Shown here: piece after piece, positions 44,215 through 53,152 of the stretch
How the letters are laid out: every line of letters begins with the position of its first letter
Numbering within the stretch: position 1 is the first letter of the stretch
Notes under the pieces: model-generated
The model's input: the letters and a program-made list of their open reading frames with translations, nothing else
Databases searched by the model: none
Told to the model about the DNA's origin: nothing
Translations under genes and position numbers: made by a program
Source: a virus
Taxonomy: Duplodnaviria > Caudoviricetes
Strand: one strand, 5' to 3'
Virus record (IMG/VR): IMGVR_UViG_3300032271_000411
Coordinates: 1 to 53,152 of that record
DNA length: 53,152 bases

Positions 44215-46152
44215 ATGGCAGACGTTCGGATAAGCGCACTACCAGCAGCTCAGGCCATCACGGGCACTGAGCTCGTGCCTGTTGTGCAGAACGGCTTGAC
44301 GGTTCAGACTACTGTCGCAGCGATCACCGCAAGCCCGTCGCTCACGCAGCCATTCTTGACTGTAAGTCAGCAATCAACACTGCCCAACAGCCGGTACTTT
44401 TCAACGGGTGCCGGTATCGGCATCACAGACGGTGGCGCGCAGGGCGCGTACACGATCAGCTTGAACGGCACGAGCGGCTCATTAGAGGGCGCAGGCACGG
44501 GCATCGTTGTAAAGACTGCTGCTAGTACCATCACGGCGCGATCGTTCGCTGTGAGCGGTTCTGGGCTATCCCTCGCCAACGGTAGCGGGGTAAGCGGAGA
44601 TCCAACGCTATCTTTGACCGGCTTGGCGCTCGCCTTGGCCAACACAGTCGGCACAGGGCTGTTGGCCGTTAACGGCTCGGCGCTCACGCCGCTTACGATT
44701 ACAGGCACGTCCAATCAGATTACGGTCACGAACGGCAACGGCGCGAGTGGCAACCCAATTATTAGCATTACCTCAAACCCGGTGCTGCCTGGTACGGCCG
44801 CTGTGCAAGTGCCCTCGGGCACGACCGCGCAACGCGCAGGCGCTATCGGCTCGTTCAGGCTTAACCTAGACACAGGATTATTTGAGGGCTATAACGGCTC
44901 TTGGAATTCCTTTGCGGCGGGCTCGGGCGTTACCTCGGTAGCGACAGGCACGGGGCTCACGGGTGGTCCAATCACGTCTACGGGTACCATTTCGATTGAC
45001 TCGACGGTGGTTACGCTTACTGGCACCCAGACGCTCACCAACAAAACTATTAGCGGCGCGAGCAACACGCTTAGCAACATCGCTAACGGATCGCTGACCA
45101 ACTCGTCAATCACGATTAACGGGAACGCGGTAAGCCTTGGCGGCTCGACCACGGTGACCGCGGCAGCGCCCTTTGCGCTTACAATCGGTACAGGGCTCTC
45201 GGGCTCAAGCTACAACGGCTCAGCGGCTGTGACTGTGGCGATCGCTAGTACAACGGTCACGGCTGCGGCTTACGGCTCTGCGTCGAGCGTGGCGACCTTT
45301 ACGGTCAATGCTCAGGGTCAGTTAACTGCGGCTGCAACAACAGCGATTGCGATTACAAATTCGCAGGTGTCGGGCTTGGGCACCATGTCCACGCAAAACG
45401 CCAACGCCGTGGCGATTACGGGTGGCACGATTAACGGCACGTCTGTAGGGGCGACAACTCGCTCGACGGGCGATTTTACAATCCTTAGTGGCAACACGGT
45501 TACTAGCACCACGCCAGTGCTGAGCTTTAACGCCACAAACACCATTGCGTCTTTTGGTACATCAACTGCGAGCTCGTACAACCAGTTGATTATTCAGAAC
45601 CAAAGCAACAGCGCGGGCGCTTCAACCAATTACGTTGTTTCAAACAACATAGGCACAGATTCAACGTATTACGGCGAATTTGGCATGAACTCCTCGACGT
45701 TTAGCGCGTCTACGCCGGTTGATTTTTATAGCCTGAACAACGGCATTTATTACTCAGGCCATGACGGCGACGTGTCGGTTGGTTCAGGCAACGGGTTCAA
45801 GACCTATTTAACGTACGGCACAGTCGGTCAGTCATCGCACGTTATTAACGCAACGGGCGCAATCGGGTTCACGACGAACCTTGGCACGACCCCTGCGCTG
45901 TCGGGCACGACTGGCTACGGCACAGCCGGCCAGCCCATGCTCTCAGGCGGTTCGGGCGCACCCCCAACGTACGGCACCTTAGGGATTAGCGGCGGCGGCA
46001 CAAACTCAACGGCGACTGCGACCGCGGGTGGGGCTGCTTATGGAACAGGCACGGCTTATGCGGTTACGGCGGCAGGTACTGCAGGTCAGGTTTTAACATC
46101 TACGGGTGCGACAGCGCCGACTTGGTCAGGTATCTCTGGCGGCACATTCTAG
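44215..46152 (+). CDS. Tail fibre protein
   Basis: MADVRISALP start, P.GTTAQR, GVTSVATGTGLTGGPIT..GTI, GGT repeats. Confidence 0.8.
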   Translation: MADVRISALPAAQAITGTELVPVVQNGLTVQTTVAAITASPSLTQPFLTVSQQSTLPNSRYFSTGAGIGITDGGAQGAYTISLNGTSGSLEGAGTGIVVKTAASTITARSFAVSGSGLSLANGSGVSGDPTLSLTGLALALANTVGTGLLAVNGSALTPLTITGTSNQITVTNGNGASGNPIISITSNPVLPGTAAVQVPSGTTAQRAGAIGSFRLNLDTGLFEGYNGSWNSFAAGSGVTSVATGTGLTGGPITSTGTISIDSTVVTLTGTQTLTNKTISGASNTLSNIANGSLTNSSITINGNAVSLGGSTTVTAAAPFALTIGTGLSGSSYNGSAAVTVAIASTTVTAAAYGSASSVATFTVNAQGQLTAAATTAIAITNSQVSGLGTMSTQNANAVAITGGTINGTSVGATTRSTGDFTILSGNTVTSTTPVLSFNATNTIASFGTSTASSYNQLIIQNQSNSAGASTNYVVSNNIGTDSTYYGEFGMNSSTFSASTPVDFYSLNNGIYYSGHDGDVSVGSGNGFKTYLTYGTVGQSSHVINATGAIGFTTNLGTTPALSGTTGYGTAGQPMLSGGSGAPPTYGTLGISGGGTNSTATATAGGAAYGTGTAYAVTAAGTAGQVLTSTGATAPTWSGISGGTF

Positions 46153-46161
46153 GAATAAATC

Positions 46162-47055
46162 ATGGCACAGACAGGTTTCACCCCGATTCAGCTCTACGTT
46201 TCAACGACCGCAGCGGCCGTGCCTTTGGCTGCCAACTTGGCGGCCGGTGAGTTAGCGCTTAACAACAACGACGGCAAGCTCTTCTACAAAGACAGCGGCG
46301 GTGTTGTTCAGGTCATTGCCACGAAGGCTACCGCTGCGGGTGTGACATCATTCACCGCCGGTACAACCGGCCTCACACCTAGCACCGCAACGTCTGGCGC
46401 TGTCACCCTCGCAGGTACGCTTGCCATCGCTAACGGCGGCACAGGGCTCACCGCGCTTGGCACAGGCGTGCAGACTGCTATCGGTATCAACGTCGGCACT
46501 GCAGGCGCTGTGTTGGTCAACGGCGGGGTCTTAGGCACACCGTCAAGCGGTACGGTTACGAACCTAACGGGTACGGCCTCGATCAACATCAACGGCACGG
46601 TCGGTGCTACGACCGCATCTACGGGCGCGTTCACAACCCTTGCCGCGTCGTCAACGGTGTCAGGCACAGGCTTTACGACTTACTTCGCCTCGCCACCAGC
46701 GTTGGGCACGACTGCACCTGCTGAAGTTAAAGTTACAGTTGGTTGGGCGGCTAATACCGCGCTGACTGATGCCGCTACGATTGCTTGGGATACCAACAAC
46801 CAAGTTGCGACCTTCACCTTCGTATCGACCAACCGCACCTTTGGCGCACCAACTAACTTGAAGAACGGTGCTTTCTACGCTTTGGCGGTTATTCAAAACG
46901 GTGGGTCAAACACGTTGACATGGAACGCTGTGTTCAAGTGGGCTGCGGGCGTTGCACCTACGCTCTCGACTGCTGCGGGCGCAAAGGACTACTTCACCTT
47001 CCGCTCTGATGGCACAAACCTGTATCAACAAGGTATCTCACAGGCGGTGGCGTAA
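46162..47055 (+). CDS. Tail fibre-like protein
   Basis: L.AGELA.N..DGKL.YK, LAIANGGTG, LTDAATI.WD, P.LST.A.A.D. Confidence 0.75.
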   Translation: MAQTGFTPIQLYVSTTAAAVPLAANLAAGELALNNNDGKLFYKDSGGVVQVIATKATAAGVTSFTAGTTGLTPSTATSGAVTLAGTLAIANGGTGLTALGTGVQTAIGINVGTAGAVLVNGGVLGTPSSGTVTNLTGTASININGTVGATTASTGAFTTLAASSTVSGTGFTTYFASPPALGTTAPAEVKVTVGWAANTALTDAATIAWDTNNQVATFTFVSTNRTFGAPTNLKNGAFYALAVIQNGGSNTLTWNAVFKWAAGVAPTLSTAAGAKDYFTFRSDGTNLYQQGISQAVA

Positions 47056-49496
47056 TGTTTCCGATATTTGCGGGTAACTCTGCGGTTACTGGCTACAACC
47101 TCACACGCTCGCTGCGGTTTCGTAGCGCAGCTACGGCGTATTTAGCTCGTACACCTGCTACAACCACTAATCAACAAACATGGACATGGAGTGGTTGGGT
47201 TAAGCGCGGTGTATTGTCAAGTGGAACAAGTCAAACATTATTTAATGCTTCGGTTGACGCAAGCAATTTTACTGAACTGCGTTTTACAGACACAAGTAAT
47301 GGAGTTTTTGAGTTTACTTATGTTGTGGGTGGAGCCGATACCGCACGGTTAACTACTACGCAAGTATTTCGTGATCCATCGGCTTACTATCACGTTGTTT
47401 TTGTGGCTGACACAACGCAAGCTACAGCCGCAAATCGCTTAAAACTTTACATAAACGGTGCACAAGTTACAGCGTTTAGCACAGCAACTTATCCAGCGTT
47501 AAATGCAAATTTATATGTAAATTCAGCCAACACGCATGGTATCGGCGTCACCCGTGCTGTAGGTAGGTATTACGACGGCTACCTGACCGAAATCAATCTT
47601 ATCGACGGTCAAGCCCTAACCCCATCATCATTTGGCTCAACCAACGCTACAACGGGCGTATGGCAACCCGCTAAGTATTCAGGCACATACGGCACAAACG
47701 GTTTTTATCTCCCTTTCACAGACAACTCTGCGCTGACCACAAGCAGCAACGTAGGCTTGGGTAAAGACTTTTCAGGTAATGCTAATTACTGGACTACGAA
47801 CAATATCAGCTTAACTAGCGGTGTGACGTATGACAGTATGCTTGATGTGCCTACGTTGACGAGTGCTACGGCGGCTAACTTTGCTGTGTTGAATCCATTG
47901 GATAAGGAGGGAGCGCCAACTTTTAGTAACGGCAATTTGTATGCGGCAGGGGTGTTTAAAACACGTTCAACAATGGCGTTGCCTACCGGCGTAAAAACGT
48001 ACGTTGAGATTTATCAAACCGGCACAGCATCAACAGTAGATGTATTTTGTGGTTTGATATTGTCTGCTGCTGTGTTCTCCGGCGCACACGCAAACCCCGG
48101 TGTTAACTGGTACGCCAGCGACACAATATACGGTCAATTAAATGGTTCAACCGCATTTTCTTTTGCCGGTACTTTGGCAGGCGGCGCAATTCTTCAATTA
48201 GCTTATGACGGGTCAACCGGAAAAGTTTGGCTCGGCATTAACAATACTTGGTACACCTCTGCGGGCGCAACGTCAGGAAATCCTAGCGCGGGTACAGGCG
48301 AATTTGCTACGTTAAGCACTAGCGCATCATGGTCTGTGTATTGCGGCAGCAGTACAGGCTCACAAACTATTACTGCTAAGTTTGGGCAAAACGGTCAATC
48401 ATACACACCCCCCACAGGCTTTGTAGCCCTGAACACATACAACTTGCCGACAAGCACCATCTTGGCGGGTAACAAGGTGATGGATGCTACGTTGTACAGC
48501 GGTAACTTGATTGGTCAAACAATTACTAACGCTGCTGGGTTTAAACCTGATTTAGTATGGGTTAAGTCACGCTCGGCTGCTACAGATAACAAGTTAACCG
48601 ACTCTGTACGTGGGGCAACACTTGCATTGGTATCTAACTCTACTGCTGCTGAAACAACTGATGTAACAGGCGTTGTATCGTTTAACTCAAATGGTTTTAC
48701 GCTTGGTACAAGCACAACGTATAACAATACGGGTGCTACTTATGTCGGCTGGCAATGGCAAGCAGGGCAAGGCTCAACATCAAGCAACACCAACGGCTCA
48801 ATCACATCGACTGTGAGCGTTAATGCGTCTGCTGGGTTTAGCGTGGTGACGTACATGGGTACGGGTGCTAATGCGACTATTGGACATGGGCTAGGTGTTG
48901 CGCCAGCAATGGTCATTACAAAATCAAGAAGTGCGGTATCTGATTGGGGTGTCTATCATTCTTCTTTAACATCAGCTTCTTATTATTTAAGGTTAAACAA
49001 TAATTTAGGTCAAACGCTCGACACAACATATTGGAATGGCACAGCCCCAACATCGTCAGTATTTAGCGTAGGCGGTGCTGTTGCGGTTAATTCTAGCGCA
49101 GCAACTTATGTTGCTTATTGCTGGACGCCTATTGCGGGATATTCAGCGTTTGGTTTATGGACAAATAATAATTCAACAGATGGAACATTTACATATACAG
49201 GATTTAGACCAAAACTAATAATGTTGAAAGAAACGGCTGCGGGTGAAAGATGGTTTATGTATGACAGCGCAAGACAAACCTATAACGTAACGCCCCCATC
49301 TAGCACTAATCTTGTACCAAGTGATTCTAGTGCTGAAGGCACAAATGCAGCTACTACTGCAACAATTGATTTGTTGTCTAACGGCTTTAAAATTCGCACA
49401 ACAAACCCAGCAAGCGGTGAAATTTCGTTTGGCACAAGAAGTTATATCTACGCCGCATGGGCAGAAAACCCATTCAAAAATTCTTTAGCGAGGTAG
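47055..49496 (+). CDS. Receptor-binding/tail protein with ConA/LamG- and SPRY-like domains
   Basis: SLRF, WTWSGWVKR, FRDPSA.YH, YGTNGFYL, PP.GF.AL, GF.PDLVW.K.R, YAAWAENPFK. Confidence 0.8.
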   Translation: MFPIFAGNSAVTGYNLTRSLRFRSAATAYLARTPATTTNQQTWTWSGWVKRGVLSSGTSQTLFNASVDASNFTELRFTDTSNGVFEFTYVVGGADTARLTTTQVFRDPSAYYHVVFVADTTQATAANRLKLYINGAQVTAFSTATYPALNANLYVNSANTHGIGVTRAVGRYYDGYLTEINLIDGQALTPSSFGSTNATTGVWQPAKYSGTYGTNGFYLPFTDNSALTTSSNVGLGKDFSGNANYWTTNNISLTSGVTYDSMLDVPTLTSATAANFAVLNPLDKEGAPTFSNGNLYAAGVFKTRSTMALPTGVKTYVEIYQTGTASTVDVFCGLILSAAVFSGAHANPGVNWYASDTIYGQLNGSTAFSFAGTLAGGAILQLAYDGSTGKVWLGINNTWYTSAGATSGNPSAGTGEFATLSTSASWSVYCGSSTGSQTITAKFGQNGQSYTPPTGFVALNTYNLPTSTILAGNKVMDATLYSGNLIGQTITNAAGFKPDLVWVKSRSAATDNKLTDSVRGATLALVSNSTAAETTDVTGVVSFNSNGFTLGTSTTYNNTGATYVGWQWQAGQGSTSSNTNGSITSTVSVNASAGFSVVTYMGTGANATIGHGLGVAPAMVITKSRSAVSDWGVYHSSLTSASYYLRLNNNLGQTLDTTYWNGTAPTSSVFSVGGAVAVNSSAATYVAYCWTPIAGYSAFGLWTNNNSTDGTFTYTGFRPKLIMLKETAAGERWFMYDSARQTYNVTPPSSTNLVPSDSSAEGTNAATTATIDLLSNGFKIRTTNPASGEISFGTRSYIYAAWAENPFKNSLAR

Positions 49497-49498
49497 TT

Positions 49499-49996
49499 AT
49501 GTTTGCAATCATCTCCAACGGCGTTATCGCCCTCCTAGTACCCGCTGGCACAGCCTTTGAGTGGGATGACATTCAATACCCTGCCAACTGGTGCAACCTG
49601 TCTAGCCCCGAAGAAAAAGCGGCTATCGGCATGGTCGATGTAATCCATGAAGCACGCCCAAGCGACACCTATTACTGGGTCACAGAAGCTCCCCCAGTCA
49701 TCGCAAACGGTATTGTCAAGATTGGGTACACCAAGACACCCAAAGACCTTGTAGCCCTCAAAGCGCAAGCCACAGAGCAAGTCAATCAAGCTGCCGGTTC
49801 AATCCTCGCACCAAGCGACTACATGGTGATTAAAGCAACGGAAACCGCAAAGCCAATGGATGCGACTTGGAGTGCATGGCGCGAGACGATTCGTGAGCAA
49901 GCGCGTAGTCAGAAGGCTGCGATTGCTGCTTGTGCGAGTGTGGAGGCGCTGGCTGCGTTGAGTCAGGTGGTTTGGGCTGGTGAGCCAAATGCTTAG
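49499..49996 (+). CDS. Tail fibre assembly chaperone-like protein
   Basis: YPANW, L..SDY.V.K..E....W..WR..IR; follows the fibre gene. Confidence 0.6.
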   Translation: MFAIISNGVIALLVPAGTAFEWDDIQYPANWCNLSSPEEKAAIGMVDVIHEARPSDTYYWVTEAPPVIANGIVKIGYTKTPKDLVALKAQATEQVNQAAGSILAPSDYMVIKATETAKPMDATWSAWRETIREQARSQKAAIAACASVEALAALSQVVWAGEPNA

Positions 49997-50600
49997 GTCT
50001 GTCGCACTTTGGTTTGTCAAGTCAATCGGTCTGATCTTTCTGACTCTTTTGGCTTATCCACTTGCGCCATTTTTAGCTTTATTTGTCACGCATGAAGAAG
50101 AATCAGAGGTTACGGGATTTCTCTCTCTCTACCCCAACAAGCCCCGTGAGTTTCTAATCCCGTCATTACGTATTTGGCAAAGCCCAGACGCACCCCTTGA
50201 TGAGTGGTGGTACGGCGACTACCCAAGCCCCCTGAAGGCTAAATACAATCAGTCCTACTACGACTCTCACTTTTGGCTGCGCTACGTTAGCCGCATCTTT
50301 TGGCTATGGCGCAACGCTGCTTATGGCTTTGGCGCACGTTGGGGTTATTCGACGCAAGGTATGTTTGCCCTCTACACAAAAGACAACGATAAAGACTGGA
50401 AGTCAGGCAAGAACGTTTACAGTTTCTGGAAAGTTTGCAACACGGACGGTGACATAGGTTGGCTGCTACGCGCCCAGGTATATTTTTACAAAGACCGATG
50501 CGTTGAGATTATTTTTGGCTATAAGTTACTCGGCGACACAGTCGGTGGTAAAAAGCTAGTTGCAATTCAATTCTCACCATTCAAAAAATACCCGGAGTAG
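49989..50600 (+). CDS. Membrane-anchored hypothetical protein
   Basis: N-terminal TM helix, WQ.PD..LD, WLWRN.AYGF. Confidence 0.65.
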   Translation: MLRSVALWFVKSIGLIFLTLLAYPLAPFLALFVTHEEESEVTGFLSLYPNKPREFLIPSLRIWQSPDAPLDEWWYGDYPSPLKAKYNQSYYDSHFWLRYVSRIFWLWRNAAYGFGARWGYSTQGMFALYTKDNDKDWKSGKNVYSFWKVCNTDGDIGWLLRAQVYFYKDRCVEIIFGYKLLGDTVGGKKLVAIQFSPFKKYPE

Positions 50601-50602
50601 TT

Positions 50603-50752
50603 ATGAACATCTCGACCGATCTGATTAACGCAGTCTTGAATTACCTTGGTAACCGGCCTTACGTTGAGGTCGCGAACCTGATCACAGCCATTCAGGCTGA
50701 AGCTGCAAAGGTGCCCGCGCCTGAGCAAATCGAACAACCCATTCAAGACTAA
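50603..50752 (+). CDS. Small hypothetical protein (49 aa)
   Basis: Translated by hand: ...YLGNRPYVEVANLITAIQ...; GGAG RBS. Confidence 0.65.
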   Translation: MNISTDLINAVLNYLGNRPYVEVANLITAIQAEAAKVPAPEQIEQPIQD

Positions 50753-50769
50753 TACTTCAGAGGCAAGCC

Positions 50770-51024
50770 ATGACGTTGCAAGAGATTATCAATACAGGGA
50801 TCGGCGCGGCATTGGCTGCTATCGGTTGGTTCGCTCGCACGATCTATGACTCGTTAAATGAGCTCAAGCAAAACATTGACGATCATAAGCTGCACATCAG
50901 TGAGCAGTACGTCAAAAAATCTGAAGTTGACAATCTTCGTACGGAAATGGACAAGCGATTTGATCGTTTAGAACAAATGATTGCTCGCTTGTCCGACAAG
51001 ATTGATCACAAGGCCGACAAGTGA
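50770..51024 (+). CDS. TM + coiled-coil lysis-region protein
   Basis: One TM helix, then coiled coil, YV.K, DHKADK end. Confidence 0.6.
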   Translation: MTLQEIINTGIGAALAAIGWFARTIYDSLNELKQNIDDHKLHISEQYVKKSEVDNLRTEMDKRFDRLEQMIARLSDKIDHKADK

Positions 51025-51242
51025 ACATTTTTACCCACCTCCTCACTGGCAAAGATAATGTTACGTATGACATTGCCCGTGTGGCGTGGTTAATCAGCCT
51101 TGTGGCGGTGTTATTGGTTGCGGGCTATCAAGTGGTCATGCATGGCGCTGTGAGCTTGAGAGAGCTTGCTGAGTCGCTCGGTATTGTGTCGGCCTCGGGT
51201 GGTGCGTCGGTCTGGGCTAAAAAAGATGCGGAGCCAACGTAA
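51021..51242 (+). CDS. Putative holin
   Basis: Small, two hydrophobic segments, in the lysis cluster. Confidence 0.5.
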   Translation: MNIFTHLLTGKDNVTYDIARVAWLISLVAVLLVAGYQVVMHGAVSLRELAESLGIVSASGGASVWAKKDAEPT

Positions 51243-51652
51243 TGTTTCCTATCCCTAGTCTTTTATGGATGAAGATTGGCATAGCCCTAGCGCTATGCGC
51301 AGCCATGTATTTTTTAGGCTGGAACCACGAGCATAAAAAGCTAGTGGCCTACCAGGCAGAAGTTGCCGCCGTGGGCAAGGCGCAGGAAATTGTCAATCAA
51401 GCAAAGGCCAAGGAACATGAAACTATATCAACTTCAATCGCAAATCAATATGAAGCTCGCCTTAGTGCTGTTCATAGTTATTATGCTGAGCGGGTGCTCG
51501 ACACCGGTGCCAGTCGCGGTAGTGTGCCCCCCGTACCCAAGCCCACCTCTTGCCCTGTTAGCCCCGCCCCCGACGCAGGACTTGTTAGACGCTGTGCTGA
51601 AACCACGCTCCAACTGACCGAGTTGCAGAACTGGGTACGGAGTATCAAATGA
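51242..51652 (+). CDS. i-spanin (Rz-like)
   Basis: N-terminal TM, coiled coil, QL..LQ.W end; contains a nested lipoprotein ORF. Confidence 0.75.
   Translation: MFPIPSLLWMKIGIALALCAAMYFLGWNHEHKKLVAYQAEVAAVGKAQEIVNQAKAKEHETISTSIANQYEARLSAVHSYYAERVLDTGASRGSVPPVPKPTSCPVSPAPDAGLVRRCAETTLQLTELQNWVRSIK
51450..51617 (+). CDS. o-spanin (Rz1-like lipoprotein) nested in Rz
   Basis: MKLALVLFIVIMLSG-C lipobox, Pro-rich mature part, different frame. Confidence 0.8.
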   Translation: MKLALVLFIVIMLSGCSTPVPVAVVCPPYPSPPLALLAPPPTQDLLDAVLKPRSN

Positions 51653-51861
51653 GCGTTGCTGACCGCATTACTGTGATCTGCTGCGTCAGCCTAGCCATTG
51701 TATTGATGAGTACAGTTTGCGTAGTTTTAGTCGGGCTTTTTGACGAACGCGTAGATAATGCAGAGGTTTTTAAACTGATTAACCCCGCTTTCAATATGAT
51801 CGTCGGGGCATTTGTTGGCACTATAGCCGGTATAAAAATAGGAAAAGATGATGCTAAGTAA
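51649..51861 (+). CDS. Two-TM membrane protein (holin candidate)
   Basis: Two hydrophobic segments; overlaps the endolysin start. Confidence 0.55.
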   Translation: MSVADRITVICCVSLAIVLMSTVCVVLVGLFDERVDNAEVFKLINPAFNMIVGAFVGTIAGIKIGKDDAK

Positions 51862-52387
51862 CTGGGATAATGCTTTTAATTTAATGCTAAAAAGCGAGGG
51901 CGGCTTTACTGATGACCCACGCGACCCCGGCAATCACCTACCAGACGGCCGCCCAGGTTGCACTAATTTTGGAGTGACTCAGACCGCTTGGGAAGAATAC
52001 GTTGGCCACAAGGTCAGCGTTCAAGACATGCGTGACTTAACGCACGAGATAATTAGCCCGTTTTATAAGCGCAAGTACTGGGATATGTGTCGTTGCGACG
52101 ACTTGCCCTCAGGCATTGATTATTTGGTTTTTGACTTTGCCGTGAACGCAGGGCCAGGGCGTAGCGCCAAGATTTTACAAACTGCTTTGGGTGTAACGCC
52201 TGATGGTGGTATTGGTTCAATGACGCTCGCTGCTGTGGCACAACATAGCCCGGAAGATCTGATTGCAAAGTTCAGCCAGGCTAAAGAGGACTTTTACCGC
52301 AGCTTGAGCACTTTCTCAACATATGGTCAGGGATGGCTTAACCGGGTGGCAGACGTAAAGATCAAGGCAAGCTCGATGCTCGGGTAA
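51848..52387 (+). CDS. Endolysin, glycoside hydrolase family 108 with PG-binding domain
   Basis: EGGF.DDP.DPG, TNFGVT, Y...YW, FDFAVNAG, DG.IG..T, GWLNR. Confidence 0.92.
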   Translation: MMLSNWDNAFNLMLKSEGGFTDDPRDPGNHLPDGRPGCTNFGVTQTAWEEYVGHKVSVQDMRDLTHEIISPFYKRKYWDMCRCDDLPSGIDYLVFDFAVNAGPGRSAKILQTALGVTPDGGIGSMTLAAVAQHSPEDLIAKFSQAKEDFYRSLSTFSTYGQGWLNRVADVKIKASSMLG

Positions 52388-52480
52388 ATTGTGGTTTTAA
52401 ATTAGCAGGATAAAGGCTAAAATGTCAATTCAAGCGCTTTGGGATAAAACGCACTCAAATTCACTTTTGTGGGTGGCGCT

Positions 52481-53110
52481 ATGACCGCGAGCTTCGTTTT
52501 AACCTATGACAACTTAGTCACAACGATCGAGCAGTATCTCGAGCGTAACGACGCCGCCGTCGTCTCTCAAATCCCCGTCTTTATTACCCTGGCTGAGTTT
52601 GAAATCGCTCAGCAGATCAAAACGCTTGGCCAGATCGAGGTTGCGCAAGGCGTGATGTCGGTGGGTAACCCGATCATTCAAAAGCCCGCCCGGTGGCGCA
52701 AGACCGTGTCAATGTCGGTCACCTCGAACGGCGAGAAGACGCCAGTATTCCTACGCAAGTATGAGTATTTGACCAACTATAGCGCAGAAAGCACGGCCGG
52801 CCTGCCCCTGTATTACGCGGATTACGACTACGACAACTGGTTTGTGTCGCCGGTTCCTGACCAGGCGTATACCTTTGAGGTGCTCATTTATCAGCGCCTG
52901 CAGCCCTTGTCCTCAGCAAATCAAACGAACTGGATCACAAACAACGCCCCCAACGCGATGCTCTTTGGAGCACTCTTGCAGGCGGTGATCTACCTAAAAG
53001 ACGATGCACGTCAAATATTCCAACAAAAGTACGACATGGCAATGCAGGCGCTTAAAGCCGAGGACGTGACTCGCGTGGGTGACCGCTCAGCAATCGCTGT
53101 GGACTCTTAG
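52481..53110 (+). CDS. Head-tail adaptor/tail tubular protein (putative)
   Basis: Y..L...I..YL.R.D...IP.FI.LAE, P.YYA, P.PD..Y, P...L.GAL. Confidence 0.7.
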   Translation: MTASFVLTYDNLVTTIEQYLERNDAAVVSQIPVFITLAEFEIAQQIKTLGQIEVAQGVMSVGNPIIQKPARWRKTVSMSVTSNGEKTPVFLRKYEYLTNYSAESTAGLPLYYADYDYDNWFVSPVPDQAYTFEVLIYQRLQPLSSANQTNWITNNAPNAMLFGALLQAVIYLKDDARQIFQQKYDMAMQALKAEDVTRVGDRSAIAVDS

Positions 53111-53118
53111 AGGTAACT

Positions 53119-53152
53119 ATGACCAACACCTACGTCAACCCGATCACGGGTC
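53119..53152 (+). CDS. Start of the next tail-module gene (3'-truncated)
   Basis: GAGG RBS + ATG ACC AAC ACC TAC... Confidence 0.5.
   Translation, partial: MTNTYVNPITG

Noticed and set aside
44215-49496. Diversity-generating retroelement or invertible tail-fibre cassette
   Set aside because: No reverse transcriptase, invertase or template/variable repeat pair seen in the window
1-53152. Integrated prophage with host flanks
   Set aside because: No integrase, att site or bacterial housekeeping genes seen; both ends lie within virion genes, consistent with a permuted phage contig

Overview
Near-complete (permuted, both ends truncated) genome of a tailed dsDNA phage with podovirus-type organisation, infecting a Gram-negative host (nested Rz/Rz1 spanins, GH108 endolysin); a freshwater betaproteobacterial host is a guess. 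Layout: 1-8.9 kb internal virion/ejection proteins (+); 8.9-23.3 kb leftward arm of many small modular accessory genes plus recombination/replication genes (VRR-NUC, SF2 helicase, two-frame C5 DNA methyltransferase, Cas4-like exonuclease, DUF669 SSB, anti-CBASS Acb2, AAA_24 ATPase); 23.4-26 kb Cro-like regulator, primase-polymerase/helicase and an iteron-type origin; 27-53 kb terminase, portal, GroES, scaffold, capsid, tail fibres and lysis genes (+). I saw no integrase, tRNA, CRISPR array or reverse transcriptase. Most notable: (i) a ~480-nt ORF-free, heavily base-paired RNA-like region upstream of groES; (ii) a short [AK]-x-GG peptide motif shared by six unrelated late proteins, apparently at module junctions (candidate processing or packaging tag system); (iii) an in-frame TAA splitting the major capsid gene; (iv) a methyltransferase encoded in two fully overlapping frames; (v) repeated junction sequences suggesting cassette-like gene shuffling, including around acb2. 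All product calls come from motif recognition by eye, not database searches.
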